In this document: positions 1 to 7,514 of the stretch, piece after piece
Position numbering within the stretch: the first letter of the stretch is position 1
How the letters are laid out: every line of letters starts with the position of its first letter
Virus record (IMG/VR): IMGVR_UViG_3300044632_002025
DNA length: 64,000 bases
Source of the DNA: a virus
Direction: 5' to 3' (one strand)
The notes under the pieces: model-generated
The model's input: only the letters and a program-made list of their open reading frames with translations
Databases searched by the model: none
Told to the model about the DNA's origin: nothing
Made by a program: the position numbers and the translations under genes

Positions 1-275
1 TAAGAAATATTCAGGGAGTCGAGCCTTTGTTTTTATTAGTATATATGCGAACAGACTTTTTTTTGCGTCAGATTAAAAGGTACATGACAGGTCATGCGAT
101 TCCTACTATTTTAGTAGATGATTTGTCAAAAGTTTTAGTGCCTATTCCACCCAAATCTGAACAGCAGAGAATAGCAAAAAGTATGACCGAAATTCAAGCA
201 ATTAGAAAAGAAGCGTTAAAAGCAAGTGAGAATGTGGTTAACGAAATGAGTCTTTTGCTTGACCAATTTGAGTAA
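1..275 (+). CDS. Type I restriction-modification specificity subunit (HsdS-like), C-terminal part; ORF open at the left window edge
   Basis: The frame stays open back to position 3. The tail AIPTILVDDLSKVLVPIPPKSEQQRIAKSM fits the conserved HsdS junction motif (PIPPxxEQxxIA) followed by a helical tail. Confidence 0.6.
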   Translation, partial: RNIQGVEPLFLLVYMRTDFFLRQIKRYMTGHAIPTILVDDLSKVLVPIPPKSEQQRIAKSMTEIQAIRKEALKASENVVNEMSLLLDQFE

Positions 276-318
276 AGCAAAACAATTAAAGCTAAGACAG
301 AGGTAAAAAAAAAAAAAA

Positions 319-627
319 ATGACTAAAGAGTACAGACAAGTCGGTTCCTATTGTTGGAAACTTAGATTCGTGGGAGGTGGAGTAGTGTTGCTAACTTTCC
401 CCGTAGTAGGTGGTTTTGGAAGTAGTTTAGTGGAAGCCGTGTGTAATTTCACTGAGCAATTCGAGCATGAGCAGGATGACCAGTTTATAAAACTTATTGA
501 TGCCCACCCCGGAGAGTCTCTCACCCTCGAAAGTTTAACCTGTCTTGGTAGTTTCATCGAGGAAAGAGAAATTCTAGACCCCATTCAAGCTGGTTCCTAC
601 TTAGACTATAACTCTATACCAGACTAA
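319..627 (+). CDS. Hypothetical protein
   Basis: 102-aa ORF. The start codon is directly preceded by an A15 homopolymer (305-319). No recognisable motif. Confidence 0.35.
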   Translation: MTKEYRQVGSYCWKLRFVGGGVVLLTFPVVGGFGSSLVEAVCNFTEQFEHEQDDQFIKLIDAHPGESLTLESLTCLGSFIEEREILDPIQAGSYLDYNSIPD

Positions 628-639
628 TAATTAGCTAGG

Positions 640-954
640 TTAACCATCAATAGATACCCTATCCTCTGGTTCTAAATCAGAAAAACGGGTATCTATTTTT
701 GCACCCTGAGATAAATTGCATTTAGGACAAAGGAGAACTAAATTGTTAATATCAATAGCTAAATTAGAGTTGGAAGAATCCATTTTAGAAATTGGGAATA
801 AGTGGTGAACGTGGTAGTCTTGGGGAAGATGTTGTAAACAGCTTGGGCAAAGGAATCTTTGACTACGTTTGAGAATCTGGATAGCCGATTGTCCATTAGA
901 AGATTTCCTCCAATTAGAAAAGGTTTGTCGAATAGTTTTAGTCATAGTACCCAA
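640..954 (-). CDS. HNH endonuclease
   Basis: CPSC...HVHHLFP...NNLVLLCPKCN: two CxxC pairs flank an HH...N core, typical of HNH nucleases. Confidence 0.75.
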   Translation of the reverse strand: MGTMTKTIRQTFSNWRKSSNGQSAIQILKRSQRFLCPSCLQHLPQDYHVHHLFPISKMDSSNSNLAIDINNLVLLCPKCNLSQGAKIDTRFSDLEPEDRVSIDG

Positions 955-957
955 AAA

Positions 958-1830
958 TTAGGTTAGGTTTAGAGTCCTTACTCTCATTAGAATCCTCTCA
1001 CTACCCATAACCCCAACACATATCCAAAAAGGGTTATCACTACCATCAGGGTCTACCCCCGTATTACGATAAATTTGACCAACGGGGATGGCTAGGGATG
1101 TTTTTAGGAGATTGGATGCTACACCAATAGCTCTATTGGGACTGGCATCGTCCCTAAGCACTAAGTCGGTAGTATTTGCCCCCGGTGTAGAAGTTTGACA
1201 AGTTATTGAGTAATTGGCAATGGAGTCGGCACTTGTTCCTGTAGGTACTCTTAGAGCCGTTCTAGTATCGATATTGGGCAGGGTAGGACGACCACCCCCC
1301 CTTGAGTTAGAGGAAGAATTTAAAAAATAATAATAAGCATTTAGTGGGTAGTTTGTCCCGGTGTATAGGGGATTTTTAGCCCATCCTACCTGTCTAAAAA
1401 AGTAATTAGAGTTATCTAATGCGTTGCCACTGACATTACATCTGAACATTGAGACCGAAAAGCTATTAACAACAAAATACCAAGCACCAGCATTACTTAA
1501 ATTAAATTCACTACCCCCGCCCGGAACCTGATAAAACAAAGCACTACTCAGGCTTGAGGTATTGCTAGTATAGAGCAAATTTTCCCTGAATCTTCCATTT
1601 AGAGTAGTAGTAGGATTGTTAGAAGTATCAAAAGCCTGTGGCAATTTAAAACTAATACTTATTGTGCTGTTAGAAACGGCTAATCCAGACCCTAACTGAT
1701 TAATTAAGTCTCTTAAGTTGGGTGCGTTATTACCACCAGAAATGCGAGTATCATAAGCAAATAAATCGGAACGAAAACCCATATAGTAGTTTCCGACGTT
1801 ATCAGAGGTAATCAGATTTGGTTGACTCAT
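958..1830 (-). CDS. Hypothetical N/S/T-rich protein, possibly a virion or fibre-like component
   Basis: 290-aa ORF whose start overlaps the upstream gene stop by ATGA (1827-1830). Low-complexity N/S/T/G composition. The function is a guess. Confidence 0.5.
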   Translation of the reverse strand: MSQPNLITSDNVGNYYMGFRSDLFAYDTRISGGNNAPNLRDLINQLGSGLAVSNSTISISFKLPQAFDTSNNPTTTLNGRFRENLLYTSNTSSLSSALFYQVPGGGSEFNLSNAGAWYFVVNSFSVSMFRCNVSGNALDNSNYFFRQVGWAKNPLYTGTNYPLNAYYYFLNSSSNSRGGGRPTLPNIDTRTALRVPTGTSADSIANYSITCQTSTPGANTTDLVLRDDASPNRAIGVASNLLKTSLAIPVGQIYRNTGVDPDGSDNPFWICVGVMGSERILMRVRTLNLT

Positions 1831-2066
1831 GGCGTTCTATTAAATTGGTTAATATCTTGAGAGCAATAAAGTAAAGTACCATTTGCTGGCTGTGTGGGCG
1901 GTCGCCAGTCTGTTAATAAAGAAGTTTGAAGTTGGCAATAAAGTAAAGTTCCATCAGCAGGTTGAGGTGTGGGTCGCATACCACTAATGGCACTATCGGC
2001 TAATTGACAATAGATAAAAGTGCCATTACTAGGGATTGACGAAGTAGGGAAATAAAGCCAACGCAC
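1827..2066 (-). CDS. Small protein with three internal repeats of about 24 aa
   Basis: The motif P-x-(P/S)-x-(N/D)GT(F/L)(I/L)YCQL occurs three times. Translationally coupled (ATGA) to 958..1830. Confidence 0.5.
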   Translation of the reverse strand: MRWLYFPTSSIPSNGTFIYCQLADSAISGMRPTPQPADGTLLYCQLQTSLLTDWRPPTQPANGTLLYCSQDINQFNRTP

Positions 2067-2164
2067 TTTATTAAAAAGGAGGGGACAGCTTTAGAATGGG
2101 CGAGTATAGGGAAAAATAAATACAAACCCAAAAGAGCATAGAGAAAACCCTATGCGGCTAAGGG

Positions 2165-2193
2165 TTGACAAGGGGTAGGTCAGGAGCTATACT
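2165..2193 (+). promoter_or_regulatory. Sigma70-type promoter
   Basis: TTGACA (2165-2170), 17-nt spacer, TATACT (2188-2193). This places the real start of the downstream gene at ATG 2219. Confidence 0.6.
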
Positions 2194-2218
2194 TAGGGAA
2201 AGTTACAAGAGTAAAGAA

Positions 2219-2668
2219 ATGCAAAATGAACTTAAAGTAGGAGACCGATTAGGAGTTAAGACAAGAAATGGCTCTTTCCTAGTATTTGAGGTAAAAAGGG
2301 TCACTAGAACCTTAGCCTATGTCGAGGTAGTAAACTCAACCTGGCCAAGTGGTGAGTGGAAGGTAAAAAGAGAGATAAAACAGAATAACGGGAGAAAATA
2401 CGCAAACTGGTACGGGATTATACCCTGTGCTGTGGGTACAAGTTCTATGTTATATCTCTATGATGAGGAGTGCGGGAATTTAGAAAAAGGACGAAGAACA
2501 ACCATCGCACTGAAATATGGGGTGGAGAAACTAGAAAAAACAATTAGAAATCTACCTGCCTCAGACGGAGTAGACCGAGAAAATGCGGTTCTAAAACTTA
2601 TTAGTCTAATGGAAGAATTAAACCTAGATGTAGAACCAGTTAAACAAAGACTCGCAGGAGAGAAATAA
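2219..2668 (+). CDS. Hypothetical protein, paralog of 3041..3478
   Basis: The N-terminus MQNELKVGDRLGV..FEVKRVT parallels MKELQVGDKIAS..FEVVRTT. The start was moved from 2165 because the track start lies in the -35 box. Confidence 0.6.
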   Translation: MQNELKVGDRLGVKTRNGSFLVFEVKRVTRTLAYVEVVNSTWPSGEWKVKREIKQNNGRKYANWYGIIPCAVGTSSMLYLYDEECGNLEKGRRTTIALKYGVEKLEKTIRNLPASDGVDRENAVLKLISLMEELNLDVEPVKQRLAGEK

Positions 2669-2673
2669 GGATG
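2579..2673 (+). repeat. 95-bp direct repeat, copy 1 (3' end of 2219..2668 plus RBS-ATG)
   Basis: Aligns with 2949-3043 with about ten mismatches by eye. Confidence 0.85.
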
Positions 2674-2707
2674 TGTTTACTGGGACAATTAAACGGGATA
2701 ATCTGTT

Positions 2708-2821
2708 ATGTTGTCTTATAGTATAAGAGGGGAAACTTGCCGATTGATTAGTGCTAGGAGAGCAAACGAACGTGAGCGAAGAAAGTATCAAGAGAGTAGC
2801 CCCCAAGATGGGTATTCTTAA
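2708..2821 (+). pseudogene. Remnant of a BrnT-like (DUF497) toxin, C-terminal 37 codons only
   Basis: Translation MLSYSIRGETCRLISARRANERERRKYQES. The segment RLISARRANERERRKY matches the conserved BrnT C-terminus (RIISARKATxxERxxY). Confidence 0.45.
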
Positions 2822-2948
2822 CACAAAAGAGGAAAAGCAAGATTTAAGCGATTTAACCGATTGGGAGCGAGTTAAATCGATGAGTGATGCAGAAATCGAG
2901 GCTAATGCTTTGTCAGATACCGATGCTCTTCCTTTTGATGATGATTAG
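2808..2948 (+). pseudogene. Remnant of a BrnA/DUF4415-like antitoxin, N-terminal part only
   Basis: LTDWERVKSMSDAEIEANALSDTDALPFDDD fits the tDWxrvxxMtDeEIexaaxxDpDaxP motif. It overlaps the BrnT remnant by 14 nt as in TA operons, and the C-terminal DNA-binding part is missing. Confidence 0.45.
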
Positions 2949-3043
2949 GAAAATGCAGTTCTTAAACTTATCGGTTTAATGGAAGAAATAAACCTAGATG
3001 TAAAACCAGTTAAACAAAGACTAGCAGGAGAAAAATAAGGATG
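2949..3043 (+). repeat. 95-bp direct repeat, copy 2
   Basis: Duplicate of 2579-2673. It follows the TAG of the BrnA remnant in the same frame and ends in the ATG of 3041..3478. Confidence 0.85.
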
Positions 3044-3478
3044 AAAGAACTTCAAGTAGGGGACAAAATAGCGTCAATCGGTTACAGTTCTGCCTTTTCA
3101 GACTACTTTTCAGACTACTTTCGGGTATTTGAGGTAGTAAGAACAACACCAAAGAAAGCCAAAGTAAAATGTTTGAATGACAAAACATTTAGAGACAGAG
3201 AATTTCTCGTCGCCAGAAAGCCTTATTTCAATTCGTTTAGTGAGAAATACTGCTACCGGTTTCAGGGTGATTATACAGGGGGAGACGGGGTTTTCTTTGA
3301 TGAAGAAATTGAGAACCAATTAACTGAGTATCGAAAACTGAAAAAATTCAAGCGACAAGCTTTCATGGTTTGTGAATGGTCTAAGAATTTAGATTCCTAT
3401 ACAGAAAAAAACCATGTATTGTATGCTAAAATGGCAGAAGTGGCTCAAATTGTGGAAGAAATAAGAGGAAATGAGTAA
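3041..3478 (+). CDS. Hypothetical protein, paralog of 2219..2668
   Basis: Shared N-terminal motif with 2219..2668. Its stop overlaps the methyltransferase start (3471-3478). Confidence 0.6.
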   Translation: MKELQVGDKIASIGYSSAFSDYFSDYFRVFEVVRTTPKKAKVKCLNDKTFRDREFLVARKPYFNSFSEKYCYRFQGDYTGGDGVFFDEEIENQLTEYRKLKKFKRQAFMVCEWSKNLDSYTEKNHVLYAKMAEVAQIVEEIRGNE

Positions 3479-4499
3479 TTTCAAGTTTATCGACTTATTT
3501 GCGGGCATTGGCGGATTTCGGATAGCCCTGGAAAGTTTAGGGGGGGAGTGTGTATTTGCCTCTGAAATAGACAAATTCTGTCGACAAACCTATGAGGTCA
3601 ATTACGCCCATAAACCTGAAAACTCCGACATTCGGGAGCAGGATGAGAACCTAGTGCCAGACCACGACATATTGTGTGGGGGATTCCCATGTCAAGCCTT
3701 CTCACAGGCTGGCAAGCAGTTAGGATTTGAAGATGACCGAGGGGTACTCTTTCTGGACATAGTGAGAATCCTAAAAGCCAAAAGACCGAAAGCATTTATC
3801 TTGGAGAATGTGAAAGGTCTAATTACACATGACAAAGGGAGAACATTAACGACCATACTGAAAGCCTTGAGAGAGGACTTAGGCTACCTTGTACCTAAAC
3901 CGAGAATATTGAATGCCAAAGATTTTGGATTAGCCCAAAACCGACGGAGAGTCTTTATTGTGGGATTTCGGGGGGACTTAAATATTGGCTTATTCAGCTA
4001 CCCCTACCCCGTACCGCACAATAACTATGTCCAAAAGATTCTAGAACAAGAAGTATCCCCTAAATACTACATTTCCCAGAGGTATTGGGAAGGGTTAAAG
4101 GCGCATAAGTCCAGACACGAAGGGAAAGACAATGGATTCGGGTATCAGATTCTAGACCCCTACGGTGTTTCTAACACAATAATGGTTGGGGGACAAGGGC
4201 GGGAACGAAACTTAATTTATGACCCGTCAATAAAAAAGAGAGAAGGGCTTGACAGTAAATCTAATACAGAGTATATTAGAGTCATGACACCACGGGAATG
4301 GGCAAGACTACAAGGTTTTCCAGAAAGTTTTAAGATTGTAGTGTCCGACACTCAAGCCTATAAACAATTTGGCAATTCAGTAGCCATCCCAGTAGTGAGA
4401 ATGGTAGCACGAAACGTTTTGTTGGGACTCCAAGAAGCTGAACCAGAACTAAGCTTTTTGAATCCGACAGACTGGATACAATTACACTCAGGAATTTAA
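3471..4499 (+). CDS. DNA (cytosine-5)-methyltransferase
   Basis: Motif I FIDLFAGIGGF, motif IV GGFPCQAFS, motif VI ENV, motif VIII QNRRRVFIVG, motif X FGNSVAIPV. Confidence 0.95.
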   Translation: MSNFKFIDLFAGIGGFRIALESLGGECVFASEIDKFCRQTYEVNYAHKPENSDIREQDENLVPDHDILCGGFPCQAFSQAGKQLGFEDDRGVLFLDIVRILKAKRPKAFILENVKGLITHDKGRTLTTILKALREDLGYLVPKPRILNAKDFGLAQNRRRVFIVGFRGDLNIGLFSYPYPVPHNNYVQKILEQEVSPKYYISQRYWEGLKAHKSRHEGKDNGFGYQILDPYGVSNTIMVGGQGRERNLIYDPSIKKREGLDSKSNTEYIRVMTPREWARLQGFPESFKIVVSDTQAYKQFGNSVAIPVVRMVARNVLLGLQEAEPELSFLNPTDWIQLHSGI

Positions 4500-4502
4500 A
4501 CC

Positions 4503-4769
4503 ATGATTAACAGTTTAACCCCCTTAAAAACGACCCCCGCTTTAGACACATTTTTCAGTGTTGAAAAAACCCAGTGTCTATGCTATAAAATGCCATCCTA
4601 TGAGGATGGTTGGGTAATCCGGGGCTTGGGTCAAATAGAAGTAAAAAACCAAAACCATCTAATGTTTGGAGACACTGCCCAACTGGTAAAAGTTCCCGAA
4701 TATGCTGGAATGGAAATCCCCCTACTTTGTGTGGTAGGATTTAAAATCCTACTAGACTGGTTTGCGTAA
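4503..4769 (+). CDS. Hypothetical protein
   Basis: 88-aa ORF starting 4 nt after the methyltransferase stop. No motif recognised. Confidence 0.4.
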   Translation: MINSLTPLKTTPALDTFFSVEKTQCLCYKMPSYEDGWVIRGLGQIEVKNQNHLMFGDTAQLVKVPEYAGMEIPLLCVVGFKILLDWFA

Positions 4770-4828
4770 AATTAAACGGGGTTTACAGTTTAAAACTAGC
4801 TTAGACCCCCAAAAAAATAGGAGTAATA

Positions 4829-5386
4829 ATGTTTGAAACAATACCGTTGGAAATACTTGACAATGATGTTCTTATCACTCTATTATGTGATTTGAGAAAT
4901 GCGATAACTGATAGTTTAAAAAGAGGGAAAGAAAGCTGTAGCATATTTACCAACCAAGCAGAAGAATTTTACCTAAACGAAATGATACTGAGAGAGTTTG
5001 AAAGAGCCTTAACTCCTGAAGTAGGACAAGAGGTAAAAATTAGGAAAGGTCAAGACAGTACGGGTGTTTGCAAATACTTAGTAATAGAGGTTGTTTTAAT
5101 GAGCCAACATAAAAGATTACAAAAAGAACTAATCCCCCTAAAAAGCCTTGAAAGCTTTAAATTAACCTCGTTCTATGGTTATATGGACAGTCGTTTTCCT
5201 TACTCGCCAGTGATGGTAATGGAAGATGGTACAGAATACTGCAATTGTGCCTGTTCTAGTTTAGAAATTTGTGTATCCGCCCTAAACGAGTACGTCTACT
5301 GTGATGCGGGGTTTGACTGTGATGCGGTGTTTGTTTTTGTCCTTGAAGGAACCAAAATTATTAGAGGTTGGTATGTCCAAAATTAA
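4829..5386 (+). CDS. Hypothetical protein
   Basis: 185-aa ORF in a co-directional gene string. No motif recognised. Confidence 0.45.
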   Translation: MFETIPLEILDNDVLITLLCDLRNAITDSLKRGKESCSIFTNQAEEFYLNEMILREFERALTPEVGQEVKIRKGQDSTGVCKYLVIEVVLMSQHKRLQKELIPLKSLESFKLTSFYGYMDSRFPYSPVMVMEDGTEYCNCACSSLEICVSALNEYVYCDAGFDCDAVFVFVLEGTKIIRGWYVQN

Positions 5387-6209
5387 GTCTAACCAATTTA
5401 TCAAATCCCCCCTACGCTACCCCGGTGGTAAACAAAAGGCAGTAGACTTTCTTAGTCTATTTTTCCCCCAAGAAATTGATGCTTTTGTGGAACCTATGGT
5501 AGGGGGAGGCTCGGTAATGCTATATGTTCGGCAACATTACCCCAAAGCTGAACTATGGATTAACGACCTAAACCCAGAAGTCTACATTTTCTGGAAATCT
5601 GTAAGGGATGATTTGGACAATCTCATCAAAGGGGTAGAAGCATGGCATAGTGTTAAAAAGAACTTTTTAACAAAAGAGAAAAAGTTCTTTGAGTTCCTAA
5701 AAAATATATGCCCTGAAACTTTAGGGTTCACGAACAGAGCGGCACGGTGGTATGTTTTGAATCGTGTAACTTTTAGCGGAACGTTAGAAAGCGGGGGATT
5801 CTCCAAAGACGCTTTCCATAAGCGTTTCACAATCAGTTCTATCGAACGATTGGCGAAGCTGAAAGGGTTATTGGAGGGGACGGTAATTACCAATATAGAT
5901 TTTGAAGGTTGCCTATCCACCAAAGCAAAACAGGGGAAGTTTGTCTTTCTAGACCCCCCGTACCTATCGGCTGAGAAATCTAAGCTGTATGGGGTCAACG
6001 GGAGCCTCCACACTGGTTTTCCCCATGCGAGATTAAAAGAAGTGGTGCATGGCTTGACAAACCCAGTAATGATAACCTATGATGATAGTGAAGCGGTCAG
6101 AAACCTATACCCAGAAGAAAAGTACGAGAAAATAGCATGGGAGTTAGGGTATGGGATGACCAATGGGAAAACGGGAAAAGAGTTAATAATCCGTAGTTAT
6201 AAAAGTTGA
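5373..6209 (+). CDS. N6-adenine DNA methyltransferase, Dam/D12 class
   Basis: SPLRYPGGK, FVEPMVGGGSV (AdoMet site) and FLDPPY (catalytic DPPY). The start is set at ATG 5373 (MSKIKSNQF), where the homology begins, rather than the track start 5301. Confidence 0.9.
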   Translation: MSKIKSNQFIKSPLRYPGGKQKAVDFLSLFFPQEIDAFVEPMVGGGSVMLYVRQHYPKAELWINDLNPEVYIFWKSVRDDLDNLIKGVEAWHSVKKNFLTKEKKFFEFLKNICPETLGFTNRAARWYVLNRVTFSGTLESGGFSKDAFHKRFTISSIERLAKLKGLLEGTVITNIDFEGCLSTKAKQGKFVFLDPPYLSAEKSKLYGVNGSLHTGFPHARLKEVVHGLTNPVMITYDDSEAVRNLYPEEKYEKIAWELGYGMTNGKTGKELIIRSYKS

Positions 6210-6328
6210 CCCGATTTCTACCCTGTTTCAATGGGAACCCAAAAACCCATTTATGCTCTATTAGACCCAGTACAAGTTCGAGAAACCCATTATCAGTTAT
6301 CAGTCAATAACCATCAACCAAACAAAAA

Positions 6329-6787
6329 ATGAAACCTCTGTATAAATTAGGCAAGTATCACAATTTAGACAAGCTAAACAAAATAGCAACTGATTATTGT
6401 TATACCATTAAGTGTTTCGCAACACATAACTTTATACACCCTCTTTATGATACGAGCGAAGACTCTTATGCTTCATGGGGAACGATAGGAGTAAATTGGC
6501 ACATTGACGACATTTATAAGGGTAGAAAACATTCAATTATCCTAGTTGTTCAAAGTGACAACTATAAACTCTACTCTTCTACAGTAGGCAATAATACTTT
6601 AGAAAAACTCTTGAAAAATTGTACTCCCCCTAGAAGTATGGATAATAAAATAAACTCTTTATTAGTCCAAAGAAAAGATACTCAAAAATTAGTCTTAAAA
6701 GCGGGAGATATTTTACTACTGGACATATCCTGCTACCATAAGCTGGAAAACACAAAAAAAAACAGAAGACCCTTTTATGTTTATTAG
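6329..6787 (+). CDS. Hypothetical protein, possibly a 2OG-Fe(II) oxygenase-like fold
   Basis: WHIDD (HxD) and a later GDILLLDISCYHK (distal His) resemble the HxD...H facial triad. This is weak evidence. Confidence 0.3.
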   Translation: MKPLYKLGKYHNLDKLNKIATDYCYTIKCFATHNFIHPLYDTSEDSYASWGTIGVNWHIDDIYKGRKHSIILVVQSDNYKLYSSTVGNNTLEKLLKNCTPPRSMDNKINSLLVQRKDTQKLVLKAGDILLLDISCYHKLENTKKNRRPFYVY

Positions 6788-6867
6788 CTTAGATATTGAC
6801 TTTATTCCAAGAGTCAAGGAAGCGGTCAAGGTTGTCAATTATTTTGTTCACGATTTTTTTGTAATCA

Positions 6868-7287
6868 ATGAGGAGTAAAACAATGGGAGAATATATGGAG
6901 ACAATCGAAGAAACAATGGAAGAAGATGAAGAAACAATGGGGGAAGAAATTGAAGAATGTATGTCACCAAGCCATCGTCATTTTTGGCTTTGCTGGTATC
7001 AATTATCTCTTCTAGAGAAAAAGGTCTGTTTTTATTTCCTTTGTGGGTTCGATAACAAAGAAATTGCTAAAAAACTTTTACTAAAAACTGAAATAGTAAA
7101 TGATTATACGACGGCAATTTTAAAAAAATTTAATATTTCGACTCAACCTAAGTTTATGTTCTTTTTCTATCAGCATACGGGATGGGATATAGCCAAAGAT
7201 ATGATTGACGATGACGAAGAAGAACAATGCGCTTTATGGGGTGTTCAGAAATGTCTAATTTCGCCTGGAATATGGAAAAATATGTAG
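6868..7287 (+). CDS. LuxR/GerE-type HTH protein with an acidic N-terminus
   Basis: LSLLEKKVCFYFLCGFDNKEIAKKLLLKTEIVNDYTTAILKKFNIS fits the GerE HTH pattern (LtxrExxvlxxxxxGxsnkEIAxxL...Tv). Confidence 0.55.
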   Translation: MRSKTMGEYMETIEETMEEDEETMGEEIEECMSPSHRHFWLCWYQLSLLEKKVCFYFLCGFDNKEIAKKLLLKTEIVNDYTTAILKKFNISTQPKFMFFFYQHTGWDIAKDMIDDDEEEQCALWGVQKCLISPGIWKNM

Positions 7288-7458
7288 TTTACCTCCTTTA
7301 AGGCAATATCTAACCAGTTCCTACTAAAACAGAAAGACTAATTAATTTTCACATTGTCAAAACAGGGTTCTGTTTTAGACCCACCCTTGTTGATACTCAT
7401 TAACATTTACAATAGTTTTCTACTAAGGTTAAAGTCTAAAAGTTTTTTCTAAAACCCC

Positions 7459-7488
7459 TTGACAGACCCTGGATAACCCTGATATACT
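7459..7488 (+). promoter_or_regulatory. Sigma70-type promoter of the helicase gene, with a conserved upstream block
   Basis: TTGACA (7459-7464), 18-nt spacer, TATACT (7483-7488). The upstream block AAGGTTAAAGTCTAAAAGTTTTTTCTAAAACCCC recurs at 19728-19761. Confidence 0.6.
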
Positions 7489-7514
7489 GGATTCAACCAT
7501 TTCAAACAAAACCT

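Noticed and set aside
5301-5372. N-terminal extension of the Dam-class methyltransferase in the track
   Set aside because: Homology to Dam begins at MSKIKSNQFIKSPLRYPGGK (ATG 5373). The extension overlaps the preceding ORF 4829..5386 by 86 nt.
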